This document shows positions 35,450-45,368 of a DNA stretch of 64,000 nucleotides, piece by piece (position 1 is the stretch's first letter; every line of letters starts with the position of its first letter). The notes below the pieces were generated by a model. The model was not told the origin of the DNA. It saw nothing but the letters and a program-made list of their open reading frames with translations, and did not search any database. This DNA is from Clostridia bacterium (lineage in GTDB: Bacteria; Bacillota; Clostridia; UBA1381). Location: the NCBI GenBank assembly GCA_045655325.1, contig JAZOOY010000062.1, positions 12,401 through 76,400 on the forward strand, in the 5' to 3' direction. The translations under genes were made by a program, and so were the position numbers.

Positions 35450-36694
35450 ATGCTAATAACCAAAGCGCCTAAGGGCACCGAGGACTTATTGCCACAGGAT
35501 AGCTATAAGTGGCAGTATCTTGAAAAGAATTTTAAGGAGATATGCGACAATTTCGGATATAAAGAAATACGCGTACCAACCTTTGAACATACCGAGCTTT
35601 TTGAACGTGGTGTGGGTGATACCACAGACGTTGTTGAAAAGCAGATGTATACATTTAACGATAAAGGCGGAAGAAGCGTTACACTAAGACCAGAGGGTAC
35701 TGCTTCTGTTGCAAGAAGCTATCTTCAGAATAACCTTTATGCAGGTGTTCTGCCACTAAAGATGTGGTACAACGTGCCTTGCTTCCGTTATGAAAACAAG
35801 CAAAAGGGAAGACTTCGTGAATTCCACCAGTTCGGGATTGAAGCATTTGGTTCAAAAGGACCTGCAATTGATGCAGAAGTTGTGACACTTGCTTATACAT
35901 TCCTAACAAAAGTAGGACTTACAGACCTTTCTGTTAATATAAACAGTATCGGTTGCCCTGAATGCCGAAAGAAGTATTCAGAAGCACTACGTGATTTCTT
36001 AAGACCAAAGTATGATGAGCTTTGCGAAACATGTAAGGGTAGATTTGAAAGAAATCCACTCCGAATTTTAGACTGTAAATCAGAAATCTGTCAGGAACTT
36101 GGAAAGGATGCTCCAAGACTACTTGATTATATCTGTGACGATTGCCGTGAGCACTTTGAAAGCTTTAAAAAGGCACTTTCCAATATGGGAATTGACTACA
36201 AAGTGGATAGCGGAATTGTTCGTGGTCTTGACTACTACACAAAGACAGTATTTGAGATAATTTCAGGACCATTCACAGTTTGTGGTGGCGGAAGATATGA
36301 CGGACTTGTTGAAGAGTTCGGCGGTGACCCAACACCTGCAATTGGTTTCGGACTTGGAATTGAAAGATTACTAATTAGACTTGCCGAAACAGGTGTGGAA
36401 ATCCCTGATGACCAGAAGCCTGACATCTATATTGCACCGCTTGGTGAGAATGCAGGCGAAAAGGCACAGGTTATCGCATACACATTGAGAATGGCAGGAA
36501 TCAAGGCAGAAACTGACCTTATCGGCAGAGGCTTAAAGCCACAGATGAAGTACTCTGACAAAATCGGTGCCAAGTACACATTGGTTTTGGGCGACAGCGA
36601 AATTGAAACAGGAAACGTAAGACTTAAAAATATGGAAACCGGTGAACAGACCGAGTGGAATTTGGACAAGCTTTGCGAATTTTTTAATAAATAA
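35450..36694 (+). CDS. hisS: histidine--tRNA ligase
   Basis: Start at ATG 35450, 10 nt after AGGAG. Class II motifs: PKGTEDLLP, LRPEGTASVAR, YENKQKGRLREFHQFG, GGGRYDGL. Confidence 0.9.
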   Translation: MLITKAPKGTEDLLPQDSYKWQYLEKNFKEICDNFGYKEIRVPTFEHTELFERGVGDTTDVVEKQMYTFNDKGGRSVTLRPEGTASVARSYLQNNLYAGVLPLKMWYNVPCFRYENKQKGRLREFHQFGIEAFGSKGPAIDAEVVTLAYTFLTKVGLTDLSVNINSIGCPECRKKYSEALRDFLRPKYDELCETCKGRFERNPLRILDCKSEICQELGKDAPRLLDYICDDCREHFESFKKALSNMGIDYKVDSGIVRGLDYYTKTVFEIISGPFTVCGGGRYDGLVEEFGGDPTPAIGFGLGIERLLIRLAETGVEIPDDQKPDIYIAPLGENAGEKAQVIAYTLRMAGIKAETDLIGRGLKPQMKYSDKIGAKYTLVLGDSEIETGNVRLKNMETGEQTEWNLDKLCEFFNK

Positions 36695-36712
36695 AAAGGA
36701 CGGTATTATAGA

Positions 36713-38485
36713 ATGGATACAATGAAAGGCTTAAAGCGTACACATTACTGTGGAGAAGTAAAAGGCGTTGGCAATACAGTAGTTGTAGGCGGATACGTAC
36801 AGAAAATTAGAGATATGGGAACCCTAATCTTTATAGATTTAAGAGACAGAACAGGTATTGTTCAGCTTGCTTTTGATACCGAAACTGCAAGAGATGTTTT
36901 TGAAAAGGCATCACAGTGCCACTCAGAATACGTACTTATGGCAAAGGGCCAGGTTCGTGAGCGAGAAAGCAAAAATGCTGCAATTGCAACAGGTGATATC
37001 GAAATCTTTGTTGATGATTTGAGAATCCTTGCAAAAGCGCAGACACCTCCGTTTGAAATTACAGACGATACCAACGTAAACGAAGAATTAAGACTAAAGT
37101 ACAGATATCTTGATTTAAGAAGAAAACCACTTCAGGACAATATTATGATGCGAAGCAAAATTGCAAAGGTCGCAAGAGATTACTTTGCAGATAACGGCTT
37201 TATCGAAATTGAAACACCAATGATGATGAAGTCAACACCTGAAGGTGCCCGTGACTATCTTGTTCCATCAAGAATCCACCACGGTAAGTTCTATGCACTT
37301 CCACAGTCACCACAGATCTATAAACAGCTTCTTATGATTGCAGGATATGACAGATATATTCAGCTTGCAAGATGCTTTAGAGACGAAGATTTACGTGCTG
37401 ACCGTCAGCCTGAATTTACACAGATAGATATGGAAATGTCATTTGTTGAAGTAGAAGACATTTTGGAAATCGTTGAAGGTCTTATCACAACACTTTTCAA
37501 GGAAGTTCTTGGAAAAGAAATCACTGTTCCACTACCACGCTTAACATATCGTGAAGCTATGGAAAGATACGGTTCAGATAAGCCTGATACAAGATTCGGT
37601 ATGGAAATTCAGGATATTTCTGACCTTGTTAAGGACTGTGACTTCGGCGTATTTACAGGTGCTATCGCAGACGGCGGTTCTGTTCGTGCAATCGTTGCTA
37701 AAAACGCAGTTGAAACATACACAAGAAAAGAAATTGACCGTTTGACAGAGTTTGCAAGAGGTATTGGTGCAAAAGGCCTTGCTTATGTTCGTTGGGTTGA
37801 AGATGCACCAACCTGCTCATTTGCAAAGTTTATGAAGGAAGGCGAACTTGAAGCAATCCTTTCTCACCTTGGCGCAGAAAAGGGCGACCTTGTTTTAATC
37901 GTTGCAGATAAGAACAGAGTTACACTTCCAACACTTGGCGCACTTCGTTTAAAGGTTGCAAAACAGCTTAACATTATTCCGGAAGGCTTTAACTTCCTAT
38001 GGATAACAGAATTCCCATTCTTTGAATATAACGAAGAAACAGGCTCTTGGGATGCTATGCATCACCCATTCACAATGCCTATGGACGAATGCATTCAGTA
38101 CCTTGATTCTGATCCTGAAAAGGTTATTGCAAAGGCTTATGACCTTGTACTAAACGGCACAGAGCTTTCATCAGGTTCAATCAGAATCACAGACTATGAA
38201 CTTCAGCAGAAGATGTTTGAGGCTCTTGGTCTTACAGAAGAAGAAATCGAAGCAAAATTCGGATTCTTGGTTGAAGCGTATAAGTATGGTGCAGCACCAC
38301 ATGGTGGTTGCGGTATCGGTCTTGACCGTTTGGCGATGATTATGTGCGGAGCGGATAGCTTAAAGGACGTTACAGCATTCCCTAAGGTACAGAACGCATC
38401 AGAACTTATGTCAAATGCACCTGGTCTTGTTGACGAAAAGCAGCTTGAAGAACTTGCAATCGCTATAACAAAAAGTGACAAATAA
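36713..38485 (+). CDS. aspS: aspartate--tRNA ligase
   Basis: OB-fold N-terminus, FRDEDLRADRQPEFTQID motif 2, GGCGIGLDRL motif 3. 590 aa. Confidence 0.92.
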   Translation: MDTMKGLKRTHYCGEVKGVGNTVVVGGYVQKIRDMGTLIFIDLRDRTGIVQLAFDTETARDVFEKASQCHSEYVLMAKGQVRERESKNAAIATGDIEIFVDDLRILAKAQTPPFEITDDTNVNEELRLKYRYLDLRRKPLQDNIMMRSKIAKVARDYFADNGFIEIETPMMMKSTPEGARDYLVPSRIHHGKFYALPQSPQIYKQLLMIAGYDRYIQLARCFRDEDLRADRQPEFTQIDMEMSFVEVEDILEIVEGLITTLFKEVLGKEITVPLPRLTYREAMERYGSDKPDTRFGMEIQDISDLVKDCDFGVFTGAIADGGSVRAIVAKNAVETYTRKEIDRLTEFARGIGAKGLAYVRWVEDAPTCSFAKFMKEGELEAILSHLGAEKGDLVLIVADKNRVTLPTLGALRLKVAKQLNIIPEGFNFLWITEFPFFEYNEETGSWDAMHHPFTMPMDECIQYLDSDPEKVIAKAYDLVLNGTELSSGSIRITDYELQQKMFEALGLTEEEIEAKFGFLVEAYKYGAAPHGGCGIGLDRLAMIMCGADSLKDVTAFPKVQNASELMSNAPGLVDEKQLEELAIAITKSDK

Positions 38486-38499
38486 TTTAACAAAAACTA

Positions 38500-38528
38500 T
38501 TTACAATTTGTATAATTTGTGATATAAT
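38500..38528 (+). promoter_or_regulatory. sigma-A-type promoter of the uracil permease-pyrR operon
   Basis: TTTACA, 17 nt spacer, TATAAT. Confidence 0.55.
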
Positions 38529-38600
38529 TGTCGTGTTGAGTAATAAATCTTTAATCGTTTGCTGTGACATCGACAAGATAGATTATACATCGTGACACTT

Positions 38601-38637
38601 ATGCCTTGTCTTGCCTAGCAGACAAGGCATTTTTTTG
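38601..38637 (+). terminator. leader-region intrinsic terminator (candidate attenuator) upstream of the uracil permease gene
   Basis: ATGCCTTGTC-(10 nt)-GACAAGGCAT followed by TTTTTT. It lies between the promoter and the start codon. Confidence 0.7.
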
Positions 38638-38685
38638 GTTTATGAAAGGCGAAAATATTTTCCAAAGAGAAAGGAAGTATAAAAA

Positions 38686-40146
38686 ATGAAACTTATTTAC
38701 AACGTAGAGGACAAGCCAAAATTAAAAGCTAACCTAGTGTTTGCTTTCCAGCAGCTACTATCAATCATCGCAGCTACTTTATTGGTACCTGTATTGGTTA
38801 ACGCAGCAGCAGGAGAACAGATTCTAAATCAGGCAGCAGCACTTTTTGGTGCAGGTGCAGGAACACTTACTTACATTGCGTTCACAAGAAAAAAGAGCCC
38901 TGTTTATCTTGGTAGCTCATTCGCATTCATTTCACCACTAATCGGTGCTTGTGCATTCGGATACTTCGGTATCTTGCTAGGTGCAATTTTTGCAGGTCTA
39001 GTATACGTAATCATCGCAACAGTTATTAAGTTTACAGGAACAAAGTGGGTAGACAAGCTTCTTCCTCCTGTAATCATCGGACCTACAGTTGCACTTATTG
39101 GTTTGAGCCTTTGCGGAAGCGCTATAGCAAATGTTAATGGTTCAAACGCAGGCGGATATAACCTAATCCACATTCTTTGCGGACTTATCGCTTTCGGTGC
39201 TACAGTTTTGGCATCTGTAAAGGGTAGCAAATCAGCAAAGCTAATTCCATTTATTATCGGTGTAGCAGCAGGTTATGTTGCAGCAGCACTATTTACAATT
39301 ATCGGTAACATTACTCAAGTACCATACCTACAGGTTATTGATTTCTCACCACTTGTAAATAACTTTAAGGAAATCACATTTGAAAGCTTTATAAGAGTTC
39401 CTAACTTCCTTGCTATTGGTATTTGGAATGAAGGACTTTCAAAACTTAACGGCTGGCAGGGTGTTGCACAGATTGCTCTTCTATTTGCTCCTGTTGCATT
39501 CGTGGTTTTAGCAGAGCACATTGCTGACCACAAGAACCTAAGCACAGTTATCGGCAGAGACCTTATCAAAGAACCTGGTCTTACACGTACACTTCTAGGT
39601 GACGGTGTTGGTTCAATCGTTGGTTCAATCTTCGGCGGATGCCCTAACACAACATACGGCGAAAGTGTTGGCTGTGTTGCTATTACAAGAAACGCATCAG
39701 TTTCAACAATTATCATTGCTGCAATCTATTCAATGGTACTATCATTCTTCACACCATTCGTAGAATTTGTAAACACAATTCCAGCTTGTGTAATCGGTGG
39801 TATCTGTATCGCTCTTTACGGATTTATCGCAGTTTCAGGTCTTAAGATGATTCAGCAGGTTGACCTTAATGAATCAAAGAACCTATTCGTTGTAAGTGCA
39901 ATCTTAGTTCCTGGTATCGGCGGACTAACACTTAACTTCGGTGGTATCCAGATTACAGCTATCGCAACAGCTCTTATTATCGGTATCCTAACAAACCTAC
40001 TTGTTAAAGAAAAGGCAGCTCCTGCACCTTTGGAAGAAGTTATTGAAGAGCCAGTAGCAGAAGAAGTTGTTGAAGAAGTTATCGAAGAAGTTGAAGCAGT
40101 TGAAGAAGTAGCAGAAGAAGCTGTAGAAGTAACAGAAGAGGCGTAA
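38686..40146 (+). CDS. pyrP: uracil/xanthine permease (NCS2/SLC23 family) with an acidic C-terminal tail
   Basis: Polytopic NCS2-type sequence (FQQLLSIIAATLLVP, EHIADHK, GESVG motifs). Adjacent to pyrR. Confidence 0.75.
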   Translation: MKLIYNVEDKPKLKANLVFAFQQLLSIIAATLLVPVLVNAAAGEQILNQAAALFGAGAGTLTYIAFTRKKSPVYLGSSFAFISPLIGACAFGYFGILLGAIFAGLVYVIIATVIKFTGTKWVDKLLPPVIIGPTVALIGLSLCGSAIANVNGSNAGGYNLIHILCGLIAFGATVLASVKGSKSAKLIPFIIGVAAGYVAAALFTIIGNITQVPYLQVIDFSPLVNNFKEITFESFIRVPNFLAIGIWNEGLSKLNGWQGVAQIALLFAPVAFVVLAEHIADHKNLSTVIGRDLIKEPGLTRTLLGDGVGSIVGSIFGGCPNTTYGESVGCVAITRNASVSTIIIAAIYSMVLSFFTPFVEFVNTIPACVIGGICIALYGFIAVSGLKMIQQVDLNESKNLFVVSAILVPGIGGLTLNFGGIQITAIATALIIGILTNLLVKEKAAPAPLEEVIEEPVAEEVVEEVIEEVEAVEEVAEEAVEVTEEA

Positions 40147-40156
40147 ACTTTAATAT

Positions 40157-40696
40157 ATGAAATTTAAGGCAAGCTTATTTGACGAAAGCGCTGTAAAACG
40201 AGCCATTGTGCGAATTGCTCACGAGATTATTGAAAAGAATGAAACCGTGGACGATATCTGCATAGTGGGAATTGAAACCAGGGGTGTGCCTATTGCAAAC
40301 CGTCTGGCAGATGCGATTTACAGAATAGAAAACAAAAAAGTTACAGTACGAACACTTGACATATCACCATTTCGTGACGATTTGATTTTTGACGAAAAGG
40401 AAATTATTAAAACAGGAAGTTTTGACTTCCCGATTGAGGGTAAAAGCATCATTTTAACTGATGATGTTATTTACACAGGAAGAACAGTGCGTGCAGCACT
40501 TGATGCGATTCTGTCTCACGGAAGAGCGGCTAAAATTCAACTTGCCGTTTTGGTGGATAGAGGACATAGGGAACTTCCTATTCGTGCCGATTATGTGGGC
40601 AAAAACGTGCCAACTTCAAGGAACGAAATAATAAAGGTTAAACTTTCCGAAATTGACGGCACAGATAGCGTTGAACTGTTCGAAAAAGATAACTAA
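40157..40696 (+). CDS. pyrR: bifunctional pyr mRNA-binding attenuation protein / uracil phosphoribosyltransferase
   Basis: 179 aa. GIETRGVPIA, the PRPP motif IILTDDVIYTGRT, and VLVDRGHRELPIRADY. Confidence 0.9.
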   Translation: MKFKASLFDESAVKRAIVRIAHEIIEKNETVDDICIVGIETRGVPIANRLADAIYRIENKKVTVRTLDISPFRDDLIFDEKEIIKTGSFDFPIEGKSIILTDDVIYTGRTVRAALDAILSHGRAAKIQLAVLVDRGHRELPIRADYVGKNVPTSRNEIIKVKLSEIDGTDSVELFEKDN

Positions 40697-40699
40697 AAC

Positions 40700-40733
40700 A
40701 AAAATCCTGCAAGAAATTGCAGGATTTTTTATT
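40700..40733 (+). terminator. intrinsic terminator of pyrR
   Basis: ATCCTGCAA-GAAA-TTGCAGGAT followed by TTTTTTATTTT. Confidence 0.8.
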
Positions 40734-40779
40734 TTACTGAAAAAGTGGTAGTAAAATTACTGATTTTCCCCATAAAACC

Positions 40780-40808
40780 TTGACATTTCCTGTGGTTTCC
40801 TATATAAT
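40780..40808 (+). promoter_or_regulatory. sigma-A-type promoter of alaS
   Basis: TTGACA, 17 nt spacer, TATAAT. Confidence 0.6.
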
Positions 40809-40876
40809 AATTAGGATAAAATGCCATAGTTATGTAATGGAATAACTAAATTTATATATTAAGGAAGGCTAGAGAT

Positions 40877-43510
40877 ATGCAAAAGAACGGCGTAAACGAA
40901 ATTAGAGAGAAATTTTTGAGCTTTTTTGAGTCAAAGGGATGCCTAAGACTTGGCAGTTTTTCATTAGTTCCAAAGAACGATGCGAGCTTGCTACTTATCA
41001 ACTCAGGTATGGCGCCTATGAAGAAGTGGTTTACAGGTGCGGAAGTTCCACCTAGAAGACGAGTTACAACATGCCAGAAGTGTATCCGTACACCTGACAT
41101 TGAGTGTGTTGGTAAAACTGCACGTCACGGAACATTCTTTGAAATGCTTGGTAACTTCTCATTTGGTGACTACTTTAAGCACGAAGCTATTAACTGGGGT
41201 TGGGAATTCTTAACAAAGGTTATGGAAATCCCTGAGGACAAGCTTTGGATTACAGTTTACGAAGAAGACGATGAAGCAAGAGATATCTGGGTTAACGAAG
41301 TTGGCGTAAACCCTGACCGTGTTATAAAGCTTGGTAAGGCAGATAACTTCTGGGAACACGGAACAGGCCCATGCGGTCCATGTTCTGAAATCCACGTTGA
41401 CCGTGGTGAACAGTATAGCTGTGGCCCTGACTGTAAGATGGGTTGTGACTGTGACCGTTTCATGGAAGTTTGGAATCTTGTATTTACACAGTTTGATAAG
41501 GACGAAGACGGCAACTATAACCGTCTTGCAAATCCTAACATTGATACAGGTATGGGTCTTGAGCGCTTAGCTGCAGTTATGCAGGGCGTTGACAATCTAT
41601 TTGAGGTTGACACAGTAACAAACATCATGAACCACATCTCAAAGATTGCAGGCGTAAGCTACAAGCAGGACGAAAAGGTGGACGTATCTCTTCGTGTTAT
41701 CACAGACCATATCAGAAGTACTGTTATGATGGTTTCTGACGGTGTTATCCCATCAAACGAAGGAAGAGGCTACGTTTTAAGAAGACTTCTTCGTAGAGCT
41801 GCACGTCACGGAAAGCTACTTAACGTTAAGGGCGAATTCCTATATCAGGTAGCAGATACTGTTATTGACGAATCTGCACAAGGTTACCCAGAGCTTGCTG
41901 AAAAGCGTGAATACATCAAGAAAATTATCAGAATTGAAGAAGAACGTTTTGCAAAAACTATTGACAACGGTCTTGCAATTTTGAACGAATACATCAGCGA
42001 AATGAAGAAAAACGGCGAAACTGTTTTGTCAGGTGACAAGGCATTTAAGCTAAACGATACTTACGGTTTCCCAATTGACCTAACAGTTGAAATCTGCGAA
42101 GAAGCAGGACTTAGCGTTGACCGTGACGGCTACGATAAGGAACTTAAGGTACAAAAGGAAACAGCAAGAAACGCAAGAAAAGACGGCTCAAGCTGGGAAG
42201 ATAACGACGGCTTCAAGTTTGAAGGAACAGATGCAACAGAATTTGTTGGCTACTTCGATTTAACCGCAGAAAGCGAAATTATCGCACTATCTGCAAACGG
42301 CGAAGAAGCTGACGGTATCGGCGAAGGCGAAAACGGCGTTATCGTAGTGAAGAAATCACCTTTCTATGCAGAAATGGGTGGTCAGGCAGGCGACATCGGT
42401 TCTATCGTAAAAGACGGCGCTGAAGCAAAGGTTATTGATACTAAAAAGAACGCAAGTGGCGTTTATATGCATATCGTAGAAGTTACAAAGGGTAGCTTTA
42501 CTAAAGGTGACAATGTAGCACTTACAGTTTGCAAGAAGAATAGAGCTGCAATCGGCAGAAACCACAGTGCAACTCACATTCTTCATAAGGCACTAAAGGA
42601 AACTTTGGGTGACCACGTTGCACAGGCAGGTTCTGAGGTTAATGCAAAGCATCTTCGTTTTGACTTCTCACACTTTGAAGCTATGACACGTGACGAGCTT
42701 AAGAAGGTAGAAGCAAGAGTTAACGAAATGGTGCTTGAAGCACTTCCAATAAACGTACAGGAACTTCCAATTGACGAAGCTAAAAAGCTTGGTGCGGAAG
42801 CACAGTTCGGCGAAAAGTACGGCGATGTTGTACGTGTTGTTAAGATGGGCGATTACTCAATCGAATTCTGTGGAGGTACTCACCTTACAAACACTGCTGA
42901 AATCGGCTTATTCAAGCTAATTTCTGAATCAGGTGTTGCAGCAGGTACAAGACGTATTGAAGCAGTTACAGGTGCAGGCGTTTTAGAGTATATTCAGGAA
43001 AAAGATGCACTAATTGAAAAGACAGCAGTAAGCCTTAAAGCAAACAACGTAAACGAAATTGATATGAAGGCGGAACAGCTTGCAAACGAGCTTCGTGATA
43101 CAAAGAAGAAGCTTGAAGCGCTAAATGCGAAGATGGCTGGAAGCAAGATTGATGACGTATTAAAGGACAAGGTTGAAGTAGGTGGCGTAACCGTTATTTG
43201 CGGTCAAGTTGACGGCCTATCTGGCGGTGACCTTCGTACACTTGGCGATAACCTAAAGGATAAGATGGATTGCGGTATTGCAGTTCTAGCATCAGTGGCT
43301 GACGGCAAGATTGCATTCTTAGCAACTGCAACAAAAGAAGCAGTTAGCAAAAAGGTACACGCAGGTATGGTTATTAAGGAAATCACAGCTATAGCTGGCG
43401 GTTCAGGTGGCGGTAAGCCTGATATGGCACAGGGCGGTGGTAAGGACGAAGCAAAAATTGCTGAAGCCCTATCAAAAGTTCAGGCTATTATTGAAGCGCA
43501 AATAGGATAA
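40877..43510 (+). CDS. alaS: alanine--tRNA ligase
   Basis: 877 aa. N-terminus REKFLSFFESKG, then FEMLGNFSFGDYFK, the editing-domain HSATHILH, and a C-terminal DHHA1-type domain. Confidence 0.95.
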   Translation: MQKNGVNEIREKFLSFFESKGCLRLGSFSLVPKNDASLLLINSGMAPMKKWFTGAEVPPRRRVTTCQKCIRTPDIECVGKTARHGTFFEMLGNFSFGDYFKHEAINWGWEFLTKVMEIPEDKLWITVYEEDDEARDIWVNEVGVNPDRVIKLGKADNFWEHGTGPCGPCSEIHVDRGEQYSCGPDCKMGCDCDRFMEVWNLVFTQFDKDEDGNYNRLANPNIDTGMGLERLAAVMQGVDNLFEVDTVTNIMNHISKIAGVSYKQDEKVDVSLRVITDHIRSTVMMVSDGVIPSNEGRGYVLRRLLRRAARHGKLLNVKGEFLYQVADTVIDESAQGYPELAEKREYIKKIIRIEEERFAKTIDNGLAILNEYISEMKKNGETVLSGDKAFKLNDTYGFPIDLTVEICEEAGLSVDRDGYDKELKVQKETARNARKDGSSWEDNDGFKFEGTDATEFVGYFDLTAESEIIALSANGEEADGIGEGENGVIVVKKSPFYAEMGGQAGDIGSIVKDGAEAKVIDTKKNASGVYMHIVEVTKGSFTKGDNVALTVCKKNRAAIGRNHSATHILHKALKETLGDHVAQAGSEVNAKHLRFDFSHFEAMTRDELKKVEARVNEMVLEALPINVQELPIDEAKKLGAEAQFGEKYGDVVRVVKMGDYSIEFCGGTHLTNTAEIGLFKLISESGVAAGTRRIEAVTGAGVLEYIQEKDALIEKTAVSLKANNVNEIDMKAEQLANELRDTKKKLEALNAKMAGSKIDDVLKDKVEVGGVTVICGQVDGLSGGDLRTLGDNLKDKMDCGIAVLASVADGKIAFLATATKEAVSKKVHAGMVIKEITAIAGGSGGGKPDMAQGGGKDEAKIAEALSKVQAIIEAQIG

Positions 43511-43513
43511 ACT

Positions 43514-44392
43514 ATGGATGGCGTAATAGTTATAAACAAGCCAACGGGACAAACATCCCATAACCTTGTAGGATTTACAAGAAAGCTTTTAAACATAAAA
43601 AAAGTGGGGCATACAGGAACGCTGGACCCTGATGCATCAGGTGTTTTACCTGTTTGTATCGGTCGTGGAACTAAGGCTGCTGATATGCTGACGGCGTCTG
43701 ATAAGGCGTACCGTGCTCAGTTTATTCTTGGAATGACCACAGACACTTTGGATGCATCAGGTGAAATCTTAACGGAGCAACCTGTTAATGTGACCAAAGA
43801 ACAAATTGAAGATGTTATAAATGAATTCATAGGCGAAATTTTTCAAATTCCGCCTATGTTTTCTGCTATAAAAAAGGATGGTAAAAAACTTTACGAATTG
43901 GCTCGAGAGGGAATTACCATTGAAAGAGAAAAACGAAAAGTTACCATATTCGATATAAAAATCTGTGAGATTGATATGGAAAACTATGCCATAACTATTG
44001 AAGTTTTCTGCTCAAAGGGTACTTATATCAGAACTCTTTGCGAAGATATCGGAATGAAGATTGGTTGTGGTGCATATATGAATACGCTTGTGCGTATAAA
44101 AAGTGCTAATTTTACCTTGGAAGAAAGCTATACACCTGAAGAACTTTTGAAAATGAAACAGGATGGAACTCTTGAAAAAGCTATAATTCCTGTTGATAAG
44201 TTGTTTTTAGACTATGATGAAGTTGTTTTGGATGAATTTTTAAAGGGTAAAGCTAAAAACGGCATAGCAATTCGAAAAAAGGGTCTTACAGAGGGTAAAC
44301 TTTACCGTGTGTACGGCGATGACGGAGAATTTGTGTGCATATCCGAGTACAGAGATGGTGCATTATATTTAAAGAAAGCGTTTTGGAACTAG
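43514..44392 (+). CDS. truB: tRNA pseudouridine(55) synthase
   Basis: GVIVINKPTGQTSH and the catalytic GHTGTLDPDASG motif. Confidence 0.9.
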   Translation: MDGVIVINKPTGQTSHNLVGFTRKLLNIKKVGHTGTLDPDASGVLPVCIGRGTKAADMLTASDKAYRAQFILGMTTDTLDASGEILTEQPVNVTKEQIEDVINEFIGEIFQIPPMFSAIKKDGKKLYELAREGITIEREKRKVTIFDIKICEIDMENYAITIEVFCSKGTYIRTLCEDIGMKIGCGAYMNTLVRIKSANFTLEESYTPEELLKMKQDGTLEKAIIPVDKLFLDYDEVVLDEFLKGKAKNGIAIRKKGLTEGKLYRVYGDDGEFVCISEYRDGALYLKKAFWN

Positions 44393-44406
44393 CTAAGAGG
44401 CAAATA

Positions 44407-45309
44407 ATGGAAATTTATTCTTATAGCGAAGAAAAGGGAATAAGAGCTATTTGTGGCGATGAAAAGGAACTTTTTGTCGGTGCTTCTATTTGTCTTGGTG
44501 GCTTTGATGGAATTCATAAAGGACACAAAGCGCTTTTTGATGTGGCAAAATCCCATGGGAATTGGGGAGTTCTGCTCTTTGACAGAAACATTAAGGGCAA
44601 CGAAAACCTTACAACCCAAGACGAAAAAATAAAGCTAATAGAAGAATACGGCGCAGACTATATTGTAGTTGCAGAGTTTTCGGAAAGGTTTGCAAGAAGA
44701 AGTCCACAGGAATTTACAGACTTTTTAGAGAATATCCTAAAAGTGTCACATATAATCTGCGGATATGACTACCGCTTTGGATATATGGCAAAAGGCGATG
44801 CGAAAATGCTAAAAGAACTTTGCAAAAAGGCAGAAGTTACAAGCGTAGAGCCTGTTAACAACGGCGATATGCCAATAAAAAGCACAAATATAAGAAACCT
44901 TGTAAAAAAAGGCGATATAAAGCTTGCAAATGAGCTTTTGGGACATAGCTATACCATTTCGGGAATAGTTGAAAAAGGGCTTGGAAACGGCAGAAAGATG
45001 GGATTTCCTACTGCAAATATTTCATACTCTGATGAAAAACTTTTACCCGCTGACGGCGTATATTACGGTAAAATGCTTGGGTTTGATGCAGTTATAAATG
45101 TTGGGAAAAATCCTACATTTGACGCAAAAAAGAGAACTGTGGAAGCTCATATACCTGACTTTTCAAAAGATATTTACGGCGAGTTTTGCGTTGTGGAATT
45201 TTTAGAAAAAATCCGTGACGATATAAAATTTAACAGTATTGAAAACTTGATTATGCAGATAAATAAAGACTTGGATTATGTGAAAGAAATGTCTTCAAAT
45301 CGGAAATAA
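44407..45309 (+). CDS. ribF: bifunctional riboflavin kinase / FAD synthetase
   Basis: Start moved to ATG 44407. GGFDGIHKGH nucleotidyltransferase motif, C-terminal GFPTAN riboflavin kinase motif, and truB-ribF gene order. Confidence 0.85.
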   Translation: MEIYSYSEEKGIRAICGDEKELFVGASICLGGFDGIHKGHKALFDVAKSHGNWGVLLFDRNIKGNENLTTQDEKIKLIEEYGADYIVVAEFSERFARRSPQEFTDFLENILKVSHIICGYDYRFGYMAKGDAKMLKELCKKAEVTSVEPVNNGDMPIKSTNIRNLVKKGDIKLANELLGHSYTISGIVEKGLGNGRKMGFPTANISYSDEKLLPADGVYYGKMLGFDAVINVGKNPTFDAKKRTVEAHIPDFSKDIYGEFCVVEFLEKIRDDIKFNSIENLIMQINKDLDYVKEMSSNRK

Positions 45310-45368
45310 TATGAAAGTCGGGGACTTTGATGAGAATATTGACAATGGAAGGATAAAAGGGATAGAAA

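Noticed and set aside
40006-40143. The GAAGAAGTT-type tandem units at the 3' end of the permease gene, considered as a non-coding repeat array.
   Set aside because: The units are in frame with the permease and end in a normal stop followed by the pyrR SD, so they are coding. They are reported as a protein-tail finding instead.
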